Positions 37,340 through 49,314 of a stretch of 64,000 nt of DNA are shown here, piece by piece; position 1 is the first letter of the stretch; the number at the start of each line of letters is the position of its first letter. The notes under the pieces were generated by a model. That model worked only from the letters and a program-made list of their open reading frames with translations. It did no database searches and had not been told where the DNA came from. The stretch comes from Okamejei kenojei (taxonomy: Eukaryota): NCBI GenBank assembly GCA_035221665.1, contig JAVHYY010000823.1, forward strand, positions 62,001-126,000. The letters run 5' to 3'. Made by a program: the position numbers and the translations under genes.

Positions 37340-39059
37340 TTAGATTGCATGGGATCCAAGGAGAGATAGCTGAATGGATAGCAAATTGGCTTCATGGAAG
37401 GAAGCAGAGGGTGATGGTGGAAGGTTGCTTCTCGGACTGGAAGCCTGTAACTAGTGGTGTACCTCATGGTTCAGCGCTGGCCCCGTTACTGTTTGTCATC
37501 TACATCATTGAATTGGATGAGAACATACAGGTCAAGATTAGCATATTTGTTGATGATATAAAAGTGGCTGGTTTTGCAGATAGTGAAGATGGTTGTGAAA
37601 GTTTGCAACAGGATCTTGATCAATTGGCCAGGTGGGCTGAGGAATGATTGATGGAAATTAATACAGGCAAATGTGAGATAATGTGAGGTGTTGTATTTTG
37701 TGATGTCTAACAAGGGCACGACCTACACAGTGAATGGTAGGCCTCTGGGGATTGTTGAAGAGCAGAGGAATCTAGGAGTGCAGGTGCATGGTTCCTTGAA
37801 GGTCGATAAGGTGGTCAAAAAGGCTTTTGGCACATTGGCCTTCATCAGTCAGAATATTGAGTATAGAAGTAGGGAGGTCATGTTGCAGTTGTATAAGATG
37901 TTGGTGAGACCGCATTTAGAATATTGTGTTCAGTTCAGGGCACCATGTTATAGGAAAGATATTGTCAAGCTTGAAAGGGTTCAGAGAAGATTTACGAGGA
38001 TGTTGCCAGGACTAGAGGGTGTGAGCTAAAGGGAGAGGTTGACTAGGCTGGGTTTCTATTCCTTGGAGCACAGGAGAATGAGCAGTGATCTTATAGAGGT
38101 GTATAAAATCATGAGAGGAATAGATCAGATAGATGCAGAGGATCTCTTGTCTGGAGTAGGGAAATCGAGGACCAGATGACATAGGTTCAAGGTGAAGGGG
38201 AAAAGATTTATTAGGAATCTGAGGGGTAACTTTTTGTCACACAGGTAGTGGGTGTATGGAACAAGCTGCCAGAAGAGGTAGTTGAGGCTGGGACTATCTC
38301 AATGTTTAAGAAACGTTGGACAGGTACATGGATAGGACTGGTTTGGAGGGATATGGACCAATCGCAGGCAAGGTGGGACTAGCATTACTGCAACATGTTG
38401 GCCGATGTGGACAAGTTGGACCGAAGGGCCTGTTTCCAAACTCTATCCCTCTATGAATCTATGTGCATGTATAATAATGTCAATTGTCACTTTCTCTGAA
38501 GAAATCCTCTTCAGAAGAATCCTCTGAAGAAATGAGGCTGGTAATTTCAATTCAATATTATCATGTTCAGTGTTAAGGCCAGGATTTTGTGATGTCCCTC
38601 AAAACCACACAGAATCACTCAGATTTAATTTTTTCTCGCAAACAGGAAGGAGCCATTTGTCACCTTAGGTATATGGTGGACTGAGTGACTTAGTTCTCAG
38701 AACAATCTGTTGATTCCATTTCCCCCCTGGTGATTTTGGGTGACGTGAGAATGTGATTCTGATTCTCCAGCTACTCCACCACACGGGGGAATTCACAGTT
38801 GCTAATTAACCCGAACTTTGTAATATGGGAGGAAATTGGGGCATCTCAGGAAAATCCACACATAGCTGTGGATAAGCACAGGTTGTTGGAGCGTTATTCT
38901 GTAAAAATACTCTTACACAGTAACTGCTGTATTCTGCTCAAGGTTGTCCTTCAAAAACAAGCTGCATATAATTATTCCTGGTTAGTTCACAGGCAAAGAA
39001 GCAGTGTGGAACTTTACCTTGGAGGGTTCTTGTTTATGCATGGATGTTCCTACCTTGAT

Positions 39060-39600
39060 GCTCTTCCTTGCCTGTTCCCTTCCCACAACCATTTTTGACG
39101 TATCTGATGTCCTTGATTCAGGATTCTTTTAGACATACTGCGTGTAAGCGAGCCCTGCGGTCTACCGAGTCCGAGCCGACCAGCGACCACCCCGTGCACT
39201 AACACAATACTACACTCCAGCAACAATTTTCAATTTTTTTACTGAAGCCAATTACCCTACCAACCTGTATGTCATTGGAGTGTGGGAGGAAACCAGAGCA
39301 TCCGGAGAAAAATTATACGGTCACAGGAGGAATGTACTAACTCCATACAGACAGCACCCATAGTCAGGATCGAACCTGGATCTCTGGCGCTGTAAGCCAG
39401 CAACTCTGCTGCTACACCATTGCACCGGCCGTCTGGTTCCTGGATGCAAATGGCTCATCTTCATGACGGTCTGTCCAATCCCCTATACTCCTCCCGCACA
39501 CAATGATGGTCTGAGAGCCTTCCACTTACTCGAACAATCCCGCCATCACTACCATCCTCCTTTGCCAGGCTCAACCTGTTGTCAACCTAAAACAACAGTT
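39060..39600 (+). pseudogene. Penelope-like RT remnant interrupted by an HE1-like SINE (minus, ~39140-39428)
   Basis: CTCATCTTCATGACG...CCCTATACTCC...CACAATGATGGTCTGAGAGCC resembles the PLE RT motif LIFTMDVxSLYTxIPHxxGLxAL; SINE motifs lie in between. Confidence 0.55.
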
Positions 39601-40149
39601 TGAAATCCACTTTTTTTTTTAGACCAAATGTATCATTATGGGAATTAACATGGGCCAAGCTGTGCCCTACCCTTCAGAGAATATTGATATTGCTTTATTA
39701 TTGTGACGGACCAAGATACAGTGTGAATTGTTTGGGAGCTTTCCAGCCAAATCATTCTATGCCTATGTACAAGCCATACACAAGTACAATAGGGATGCAA
39801 AGTGAAAAATGTGCATTTGTGCAGTAGTTCTTGTTTCAATCCTGCTTGAGTTCTCCCCCTCAGCTCTTTCTCGTGTTATATGTTGATGAAGGCACTGTTC
39901 CCTGCATAAAACATAACCTTTTTTCCCCCTTCTCTGTTTTATATTGTCCTTTTCTCATGGAATAGGTAAGTAACCAATATTCATTATAAACCCAAAAGGT
40001 TTCAACACCTGTCTTGACTAGACCTCCCACCTACTTCCTGATGGGATTCAAGTTTCACGAGCTCCGTTGTATTTGTTCTGTACATAAGACCACAGGAGAT
40101 GCAACACCTGCGCTCTTACCTTGTACCTGCGATTCAGCCAGCATCCCAG

Positions 40150-40510
40150 TAAGTCTGATGAAGGGTTCTGACCTGAAATGCCACCTATCCATTCTTTCCA
40201 CAGATGCTGCCTGATCTGTTGAGTTCCTCCAGCACTTTGTGCTTTGATCCACTCACTCCTTCCAGGTGAAGCAGCAATTCACTTGCACTTGTTAGAATTT
40301 AGTGTTTTATGTTTGGTGCTCAACATATGATCACTACATTGGAGGTTCCAAAGGCAGATTAGATGAATGCTTTGCAGAACACTCCCATTCAGTTCACATG
40401 GCTCACCCAGAGCTTTTATCATCCGTCATTTTAAATGACCATCCCTCTCCCACTCTGACCTCTCATGATGCCAACGAAGGCAATGTATGGAACAGCATCT
40501 CATGTTCTGT
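40150..40510 (+). pseudogene. Penelope-like terminal repeat with CTGATGA core, followed by a GIY-YIG endonuclease remnant
   Basis: CTGATGAAGGGTTCTGACCTGAAAT at ~40155-40180, then SFQVKQQFTCT..NLVFYVWCS...HYIGGSKGRLDECFAEH (ORF 40302..40631). Confidence 0.75.
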
Positions 40511-43500
40511 TATGTTACAATCCTCAAGTCAAAAGAGAAAAGAAACATGCTGGAAATCTAAAATGAAAATAAAAAATACAGAAAATGCTCAGCTGGTCAG
40601 GCCGCACCTGTGGGAAGAGAAACTGAGTTAATGTTACAGATTAATATCCCTTTGTCAAATATTTTAGGTTTCTTCAGCAATCATTACTGGATTTAAAAAT
40701 GTTTGATAACTGGCCTTGCCATTTGTCATGTGCAGTTATTCACCTGTAACAGCAGTTCAGTTTTTCTCTCCGCATATGCTGCCTGTTCTGCTGAGTATTT
40801 CCAGCAATCTCTTTTATATTAAATTTCCAACAACTGCTGTGTTCAGCAGTTCAAACACTTATTTTCTCCTCCGATTCCTTCATTAATCTCTCTGTTACAC
40901 TCCTTTAGGAAGATAATCAATGATTAACAATCATTTAGGTGGTACATCTGGCATTACTATCATCTGGGCGATCCTCACCCAATCACTGTTATTCCCATTG
41001 TCCTCTCTATCTCTGCTTATCTCTGCTAATTAAAATACGCCTTTCACTTTTCCAGTTCTACTGAAAGGTCATTAACCTGAAACATTAATTATCTTTCTCT
41101 TCTCAGAAAGCAGTCTGCTCTGCTGAATATTTCCATCATTTTCTTTTTTTTTCTTCAGAATTCCAGCATCGTTTTTAAAGTTGATTTTCAATGGCTTTTA
41201 CAATTTTCCTTTGTCACCACAGTTAACAATTTTTCTTTGTCAGCCGTTTTTGAGTGAAGACCACTCTCCCACCAGCACCCGATGCCTGTCAGCTACTGGG
41301 TGTCAATGTCCTATGGTTACTTGCCTTTCAAAATGGCTGCATGGTAATTGCTCGTGTCCATTCTTGTGTGGCACAATGGCACAGCAGTAGAGTTGCTGCC
41401 TTATAGCGCCAGAGAAACCAGGTTGTTTGATCCGGACTACAGGTGCTGTCTTTATGGTGTTTGTATATTGCTTGCTGGGCTGACACATTTCTCTTTCCAA
41501 ACTGAAATGTAACAGCATTGTTTTGGAGACACAAAAAGCTGGAGTAACTCAGTGGGACAGGCAGCATCTCTGGAGAGAAGGAATGGGTGACGTTTCGGGT
41601 CGAGCCCCTTCTTCAGACTGGTCTTTATTTGAACTCCTTTTTTTTAACATATCAAGATGAAGGATGTTGGTTCAGTGTAGATATCACATTTGTATTATCC
41701 TCTACTATCTACCACCTTCTCACATAAAACTGCTTTACTCATCTACAAATTCAAAAAACATCTAATGTCCTCCATTGCCAGATCAAGTAAGGGCATCTGC
41801 AGTTCCAAATAATGCTGTTTTTACTTTAGTCTATTCGGGTGGCTTAACTGCATGGACAGATAGTACTCCCTGCAGCTGCAATATAATTTTGTTCTACCAA
41901 TTCCCATGCTGGCCTCCTTAATTGCTGCTCTCAGATCATAAATTAAATGGCAGAATATTTATCAATAATTTTTTTTCTGTCTCTGGCATCAGCTGACTGA
42001 ATGAGACTGCCTGTTTAGTGTCAATTCTTACAAAATTATGTGGTGTTGTGTTTTTCAGAACCAATGTTACTGAGATCTAGATTGAGATTGACCAGACTCA
42101 CTTTACACAGACCTCTGACAGCATTGCTGAGAGAAAGTTTTTCCCTCATTAATTGCAATTATGTGAGACAGCTTTTCATAATATGAACTGTGTGCGTTTG
42201 CACCCAGATAAGCCCAATGTCCAACACTGACCTTCCTTGAATGGAGGTCAATCTTGGGCCATTGCAATGCTGGTAGCTATTGTTTTGTTATGCTATGGTA
42301 ACTCCGCTGGTCAGGCAGCATCCCTGGAGAACATGGATAGGTAACTTTTTAGGTCGAGACCTTTCTTCATACCCACCGTCATTTCCTATAACGGAATATG
42401 TACTGTATCATGTACAGGCAGAGGAGATTAGTTAAACTTGGCATCATATTTGGCATGTTCATTGTGGGCCGATGGGCCTATACCTATGCTGTACTATCCT
42501 ATCTATCTATGTGAACTGCTGCAGGACAACTATCTAATTATTTATTTTACCAGTTCAGAAAGTGATTTGTAAACAATGGAAAAGATCTGGTGCTGCAATG
42601 CTCTCAGACTTGCTGGCCACTAATCCCTTCACTTGGAAAATCCTAATGGAGTGGCTTGCAGACCGCTGACCCCAGTTTCACTCAAGGGTGGTACAACAAT
42701 AGCATCCTTTTTCTGGCACTGATGGAGTCCCTTCAGCTCGTCAGATCTACACTGACTCCCAGCAGCGGAATCCCTTCAGTCCTATTCTCTTACCAACTGT
42801 CACCCTGCAATCTTATTCTCTCCCATACGCCCAAGCTGCATCACCTTCAGTCCCTACTGATTCTTTTGCCACTTAATCACACTAAGAAATAATTTATAGT
42901 TTCCAGTTAACTTGTCAGCACTTTGGGAAGTAGGGGGAAATCTTAAGCACATGGCAGGCAATATGCCTTTACCTAACCTGGCTGAGAAGTGGTGTCGGGT
43001 TCATCAATGTGGTTGATTCTTAACTGCTCCTCAATGAGAAAACGTGACGTGAATGGATCCGTGGTGAGGATTGAACCCAGGCCCCGAACGGTGTGAAGCA
43101 GCAGCACTAACTGCCGCGGCACACCATGGCGCTTCTCCCTGGGATAGCAGCCAGCAACCTCTGGGCAGCTGAAGATCTGTCCCTTCAATGAAAATAATGA
43201 TGTGCGATCTTGTTCAGAACCCCATGGTGACAGATTGAACGTTAGATTTCTGATCTCAGCCAAATAATTTGTCAAGTACCATGAGAGCTTTGCGGGCTCC
43301 AGCCAAATTATCTAAAATATTTCCTTGCTGCTTGACGTGAAGGTCTCCAGAATGAATGTGTTGCCTCCCATTAAACCATTTGAATATATGCCATTACCAT
43401 GTCTCCTGCTAATCTGTTTTCCAATGGTATCACGAGGTAACAGCTACTGCAATTAGACTTTTAAATTATCTTTAGTTATAGGCAAATTTACTACTGTGAG

Positions 43501-44896
43501 GAACAGCTCAGAATCAGTTTGTATTGATCATCTGCGTTAAACCGACCACATCTTTGCTACGTTAACAGTTCTGCAAAGATAGTCTTTGAAATAGCTGAAC
43601 CAGTAATCATGCCATGCAGCAAATTAATGCAAATCGTTGGGGGAGATCACTTATGACCTTATTTTTCAAGTTCATTGGAAGGCTTTCATATAAATTTGAA
43701 AATAGTAAACTGCAGTGTTATATTGCGGCTGTGACCACTTAGTTTGCTCTAAGCCATAACTTCCCGACCTTTCTTCATGAAGTTGACTTTGGGGTCTGTG
43801 ATCTGTGATAGGTGATTTGTATAAATAGCTGTTTAAAATAAATTATTAGAAGTGATGTATGTGGTATAAGTGCATGATTTTGAATCTGTGCGCTCTAAAC
43901 TGTGCCAACATTTCTGGAGCCGAAGTAGAGAAAACCACATCTTGATTAATGACTGTTAAGTGGTTTTCTTGAAAGGTTTGATAAGTTGTTTCGAATTCTG
44001 TAGTGAACTTCTCAACAGCAGGTTAATAATGGTACAAGAAAATGGGTATACGATTGTTAGCTGTAGATTCACAAGCTTTTAAGAAATACTGTGCAATCAA
44101 TATTATGTGGTCCATTATTAACGAAAAGATCCCATGTGTTAGATGAATGATGAGATGCAAAGAATAATAGTAGGTGGTTGTTACATTTGTGTCGGTATGT
44201 ATCTGCAGTACAGACCTACCATTGATAACACAGCAAAGGCATTAGAATATGTTACAAGAACTGTAATGTAAAACAAATTATGTAATATTTTCATTTTAAA
44301 TATCATACAAATGTATTTATAACACACATTTTGTAATGTGGCAGAATGTACAAATAGGCTGATGAACTTTGGAAAATTCTTGTCATCCAATGGATTAGTG
44401 GATTCACATTGATGGTACCACCGCTGGTGTGTGGGGAATTAGGGATTTGCATGCAAGAAAGAAAACCACTGGGCTAAACCTTTGCGGATCCTTGCATAGT
44501 TCTTTTATGCCATTGCATGAAAATCACAATTTCTCGTAGGTTTAGTTATTTTCCATTATAAAATTAAAATTACATGTATATTATGTATGATTATAGTAAA
44601 TCTATTGATGCTGCAAGTTTGACTAGAACTCATTACGCAGATTGTACATTTTCTTTTCCACTGGTTTGGAAACGGATCTATAATAAACACTCGACCAAGT
44701 GGGACCCGCTGGGTCCCAGTTTCACACGGGAGGGCTGGTCCTCCAACGCAATATTCCACCTCTCCACCAATTCCAATATACACACACTCACACACACACA
44801 CGCGCACAATATATATGACAATATATTTTCTTGAATCTACTCACATGGCTGCGTGCGGCCTCACCACTGTGGGGCTTCTACAGTCAGCGGCATTTC

Positions 44897-45004
44897 CGCA
44901 ATCAACGTGACCTCTGCACTTACTGGAAATGACGCAATTAGCGTGACCTCTGCACTCTCCGGAAATTACGCAATTTGCGCGACCTGTCCACTAAGCGGAA
45001 GTTA
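44897..45004. repeat. Degenerate 36 bp tandem repeat x3 inside the Helitron
   Basis: Units starting CGCAAT..CGTGACCT..GCACT...GGAA at 44897, 44933 and 44969. Confidence 0.8.
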
Positions 45005-45028
45005 CAAAATGAGCGAGACTTTTGGACT

Positions 45029-45168
45029 AAACACAGTCGGACATAATAAAGCATTTATTCCTTCCAAACACAGTCGGACCTAATAAAGCATTAATTCCTT
45101 CCAAACACAGTCGGACCTAATAAAGCATTTATTCCTTCCAAACACAGTCGGACCTAATAAAGCATTCC
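45029..45168. repeat. 37 bp minisatellite x~3.7 inside the Helitron
   Basis: AAACACAGTCGGACCTAATAAAGCATTTATTCCTTCC at 45029, 45066, 45103 and 45140. Confidence 0.92.
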
Positions 45169-47748
45169 AGTTTCATGCACAGGAAGGGCAGCAGGCCAAA
45201 TAACGCATGGCATTGTCATTTCATTTCATTTCATTTCCAATTAAGCATTGCACTTTCAAGCACAGGCAGGGCAGCAGGCCAAACAACTCATGGCAATATC
45301 ATTAAGGGCTAACAAATCGTTTATTGCAAGTACATTGCAGACTCACAGTTCAGTTGATTCACAGCTTAGAATGACAGTTGTGGCCTCTCCCTTGCGATCT
45401 TGCAGAGTGACTGACTCACGTCCAGGCATCCAGGGTTTTATAGTCCTGCCCCCCCCGGAAGGGGCGTTACCTTCATCACAGTGATTGACAGACGAGTGGA
45501 CCAATCAGCTGATCTCAATGTTTTTTAAACATTCATAACTTTTTTATTTTTCATCGATAGGAAAAATCCTCAGGGGTGGCTCAGCGGAGGAGGACTGTGA
45601 GTAAGATGGCCATAAATCACAGCGATGCAGGGTAGCGTTTTTTCTAAAATCAATATACAGCGCAGACAGGAAGTGGTCAAGATGAGACTTTTAATTATAT
45701 AGATAGATTTAGGCATTCTGCTGTTGTCTTATCAACCATCAATCTTTCTGCATCATGACATTTCCCTTTCCCGTCGTTGATTTGAGTAGGATTTGAAGCC
45801 CAACCATATAACGAAGCAAATCAGGATACATTGGTCCAGACTTCTGCTAGTCTAATAACTCCAGTTTGGTGTTATTGAACAAGTCGAAGTCTGGACCATT
45901 GATCCCAGACACGAGATTGAATTCCTGCAGCTGGGTAGTTTAAATTAAATATATATTTTTTAAGACAGTTGGCCAGAGAGAGTAGTCATAATACTATGGG
46001 GTTGTCCATCTTGTTTATATGCCTTTACCTGGCCTGGCTGAGAAGTGGTGTCGGGTTCATCAATGTGGTTGATTCTTAACTGCTCCTCAATTCAGACCCA
46101 TTGCAGGCAATATTTGCATCTCTCAGTAAAATCATTAAAGTAGTTACCAATGCTCCCAAAACAGGAGTGGTAGGGTAGAAGGAGAAAGGTTGTGAGGGTC
46201 AGAGAGGTTTTAATTTACTCCAGCCTGGCTACCTGGCAATTTGGAAAAACCGATAAAAGAATTACATGGCAGGAGGAGGAGGTTGTAGTAATGGGGAAGC
46301 GAATTAATAGCAGGGGATGGGATGCTTTAGTTTAGTTTATTGTCACATATACTGTGGTACAGTGAAAAGCTCTTTTATTGTGTGCTATCCAGTCAGCAGA
46401 AAGACAATACATGATTACAATCGTGATATGCACGTGGTAGGCTGTTAGTGTAAGGTAGGCCGTGAGACTCATAAAGCACAGAAACCGGCCCTTCGGCCCA
46501 ACTTGCCCATGCTGACCAAGCATCCCCATCTATACTGGTCCCACCTGCCCTCGTTTATCCCACAAAACCTTTCCTGACCATGTACCTGTCCAAATGTCTT
46601 TTAAATATTGTTACAGTATTTGCCTCAACTACCTCCTCTGACTGCTCATTCCTTGGAGGAAGGCTTGATAGGCGGAGTCAGAGGAAATCAAGAACTGGAT
46701 AAAGTGGAAGGAGTCAGGCAGATTATAGGGAGTCATAGATTAGGTTATTGCCAAAAATGCTCCTGTTAATTAGGTCCCTGAAGCGGTGCTGTAACTGCAG
46801 TTGCCTTCTGACCCAGTCTTTCTTGCCTGCCAGGTTTCCCCAGTTTCCCTGAGGCCAGACAAACCTGGTTGACAGAGTGAACGTTTGACAGCTTCTGAGG
46901 ATAGAGGCATGCATTCTCCTTAAATGCTTTCTGTCACTAGCAAATGGGAACCACTTGTTGCTTGCCCCACCCAGGCTCTGATCCCAACTGAGGTGGAGAA
47001 GCAATGATTGAAGCTTGAGTTACCTTCGTTGATTATTTTATTGATTTTCATTTCCTTTCCAGTGTTTATTTGAAAAAATGCAATCCTTTCCCCTGTTCTC
47101 ACCAGTTTAGTTTAGAGATACAGCGCGGAAACTGGCCCTTGGCTCACCGAGTCCTTGCCGACCAGCGATCCCCGCACACTAACACTATCCTACACAAACT
47201 AGGTACAATTTATGATTAAACCAAGCCAATTTTACTTCGGAGTCACGTGAGTGACTACGTGAAGAAGACTCTGCCTGGCGCATGCTCGGCATTACGTCGA
47301 CACATGTGAAGCTCAGACAGGGTGGAGAGCGCAGCTCCCACCAGCGTAAGTTTAACCCGCAGGTAAGTCGCTGTTGAACTTCCTTGCTAGTGGGTTTAAA
47401 CTCTGTACGTCTGCAGAGCCAGCAAGAGTGCTGATGTGCTTTGAAAATTTTTTAAAAACTCTGTAACTCTGGCTCAAAATACGGAGCCAGCTAGAGTGAA
47501 TGTATTTTTAAACTGCGGTAATTGAATAGAACACGCTGGAACCGCAGTTTCCGATTTAGATCGGATCGGGAGATAAGGGCTGCTTTAAAAGCCGGCTCCC
47601 GCTATTTACCGCTATTTAGAATGGGTTTGGAGATAACGGCTGCGCTAAATGCCGGCTCCAAATACCCAGTAATTGTAAAATAAAGTCTGCTCTGAGTATA
47701 TGTTACCAGATGGAGTTTTCGTTATGGAAATGTGTGATACTGAGGTTA

Positions 47749-48623
47749 AGGAGACGAGGCAGCCTACAGAGAGGAAGTCCTGAAGTTGACAACCTGGTGC
47801 TCAGAAAACAACCTGGTTCTGAACACCAAGAAAACCAAAGAGCTCATTGTCGACTTCAGGAGGCACAGCACCGACTTAGCTCCCTTATACATCAACGGTG
47901 AGTGTGTGGAGAGGGTCTACACCTTCCGGTTTCTCGGCTTCCTTATCTCCGCTGACATCTCCTGGACAGATAACATCACAGCGGTCATCAAGAAGGCTCA
48001 GCAGCGGCTGCACTTCCTGAGGGTCCTCAGGAAGCACAACCTGGACTCCAACCTGCTGCTGACCTTCTACCGCTCGTCCATGGAGAGCCTGTTGACATAC
48101 TGCATTACAGCATGGTACGGCAGCTGCACCATGGCAGACAGGGAGAGGCTTCAGAGAGTAGTTAGGGCAGCACAGAAGATCATCGGCTGCCCTCTCCCCT
48201 CTCTGATGGACATTTACACCTCCCGCTGCCTCAGCAGGGCGAAGAACATTATCAAGGACAGCTCCCATCCTGCATTTGGCCTGTTCAACCTGCTGCCCTC
48301 AGGGGGGCGCTATAGGTGCATCAGCACAAGGACAAATAGACTCAAGAACAGTTTCTTTCCAAAATCCATTATCTCCCTGAACTCACACATGTACTGACTT
48401 CACAGCCTAACCCCCGACCTTCATCTATCCACCTACTGTAATTTGTACTGTAACTGTAATTCTACTTATCCATTGTCTTTTATAGATATGTACATAGCGT
48501 CGCAGAAACTGTGCACCTTATTCCCCCTCCCCTTTTTGTTTTTTACACTGAGTAGGAGCAGCTTTTAATCTCATTGTACATGTGTATAGTGACAATAAAA
48601 AGGCATTCATTCATTCATTCATT
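47749..48623 (+). mobile_element. Rex1/Babar 3' fragment (distinct GC-rich subfamily) nested in DIRS copy B; ORF 47786..48397
   Basis: [51 protein letters not shown], intact to the stop; AATAAA then a (CATT)n tail. Confidence 0.92.
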
Positions 48624-48763
48624 AATACAAATATTCTGCAAGCAGAATGTGCCTGTCAGAATTACAATTTTAAACATATATGGTTTATGCACCAATACAA
48701 AACAGTAAATAAGTAACTCTCCTCCAAGGGAGGACAAAAATGTGGGGGAGGCTGGAAATGGAG

Positions 48764-49240
48764 AAAATGCTCCACACTTGACTTAGTCAAGGGTTCTTGA
48801 CCCAGGTATGTCTTCCTGTAAGGCAGGCTCCAAAGGAGTTTTCATACGCTGAGTATGGTGCCTATGAAAATGGGATTCTGATTCTCCAGTACCTTGGTTA
48901 GGTCTGGATGAGATCACTAGAGCAAGATAAAATGCTCCAAATTCTAATCAGTCAAGGGTTCTAAAGACCCATGAGATTCTTTCCGAAGGAGTTTACCTAC
49001 ACTGAGTATGGTGCCTATAAAGAATGAGAATCTCATTCACCAGTGCCGTACATAGGTCTGGATGAAGTATTTAGAGCAAGATAAAAATGCTCAAAATTCT
49101 AAACAATTAAGGGTTTTAAGACCCATGAGATTCTAAGGCAGGCTCCGAAAGGAGTTTCCATACACTGAGTATGGTGCCTATGAAAAATGAGAATCTCATT
49201 CACCAGTGCCTTGTTTAGGTCTGGATGAAGTCTCCTAGAG
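48764..49240. repeat. ~155-165 bp tandem repeat x3 in the gag region of DIRS copy B
   Basis: Units start AAAATGCTC at 48764, 48929 and 49084; each contains CTGAGTATGGTGCCTAT and TAGGTCTGGATGA. Confidence 0.88.
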
Positions 49241-49243
49241 CCT

Positions 49244-49314
49244 TCGGGAGTACCAGGGCAGGATGAAACTGATCCTGACTCGGGAGTACCAGGGCAGGAT
49301 GAAACTGATCCTGA
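49244..49314. repeat. Near-perfect 36 bp-period tandem duplication
   Basis: TCGGGAGTACCAGGGCAGGATGAAACTGATCCTGA at 49244 and 49280. Confidence 0.95.

Larger units (their letters stand above)
36655..38462 (+). mobile_element. CR1 LINE 3' portion interrupted by two MITEs
   Basis: YMDFSKAFDKV..GWLLWKV|RLHGIQGEIAEWIANWL...GVPHGSAL...VDDIKV...LYKMLVRPHLEYCVQF; interrupted at 36720-37342. Confidence 0.9.
44690..45707 (-). mobile_element. Non-autonomous Helitron (~1 kb)
   Basis: On minus: 5' A|TCTATATAATTAAAAG and 3' GC hairpin GGGACCC-AGC-GGGTCCC (44701-44717), followed 7 nt later by CGAG|T (canonical CTRR mutated); inserted between A and T with no TSD; internal tandem repeats. Confidence 0.75.

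Noticed and set aside
45029-45168. 37 bp repeats of CRISPR-repeat-like length
   Set aside because: Units are head-to-tail with no unique spacers, there are no cas genes, and the context is eukaryotic; this is a minisatellite.
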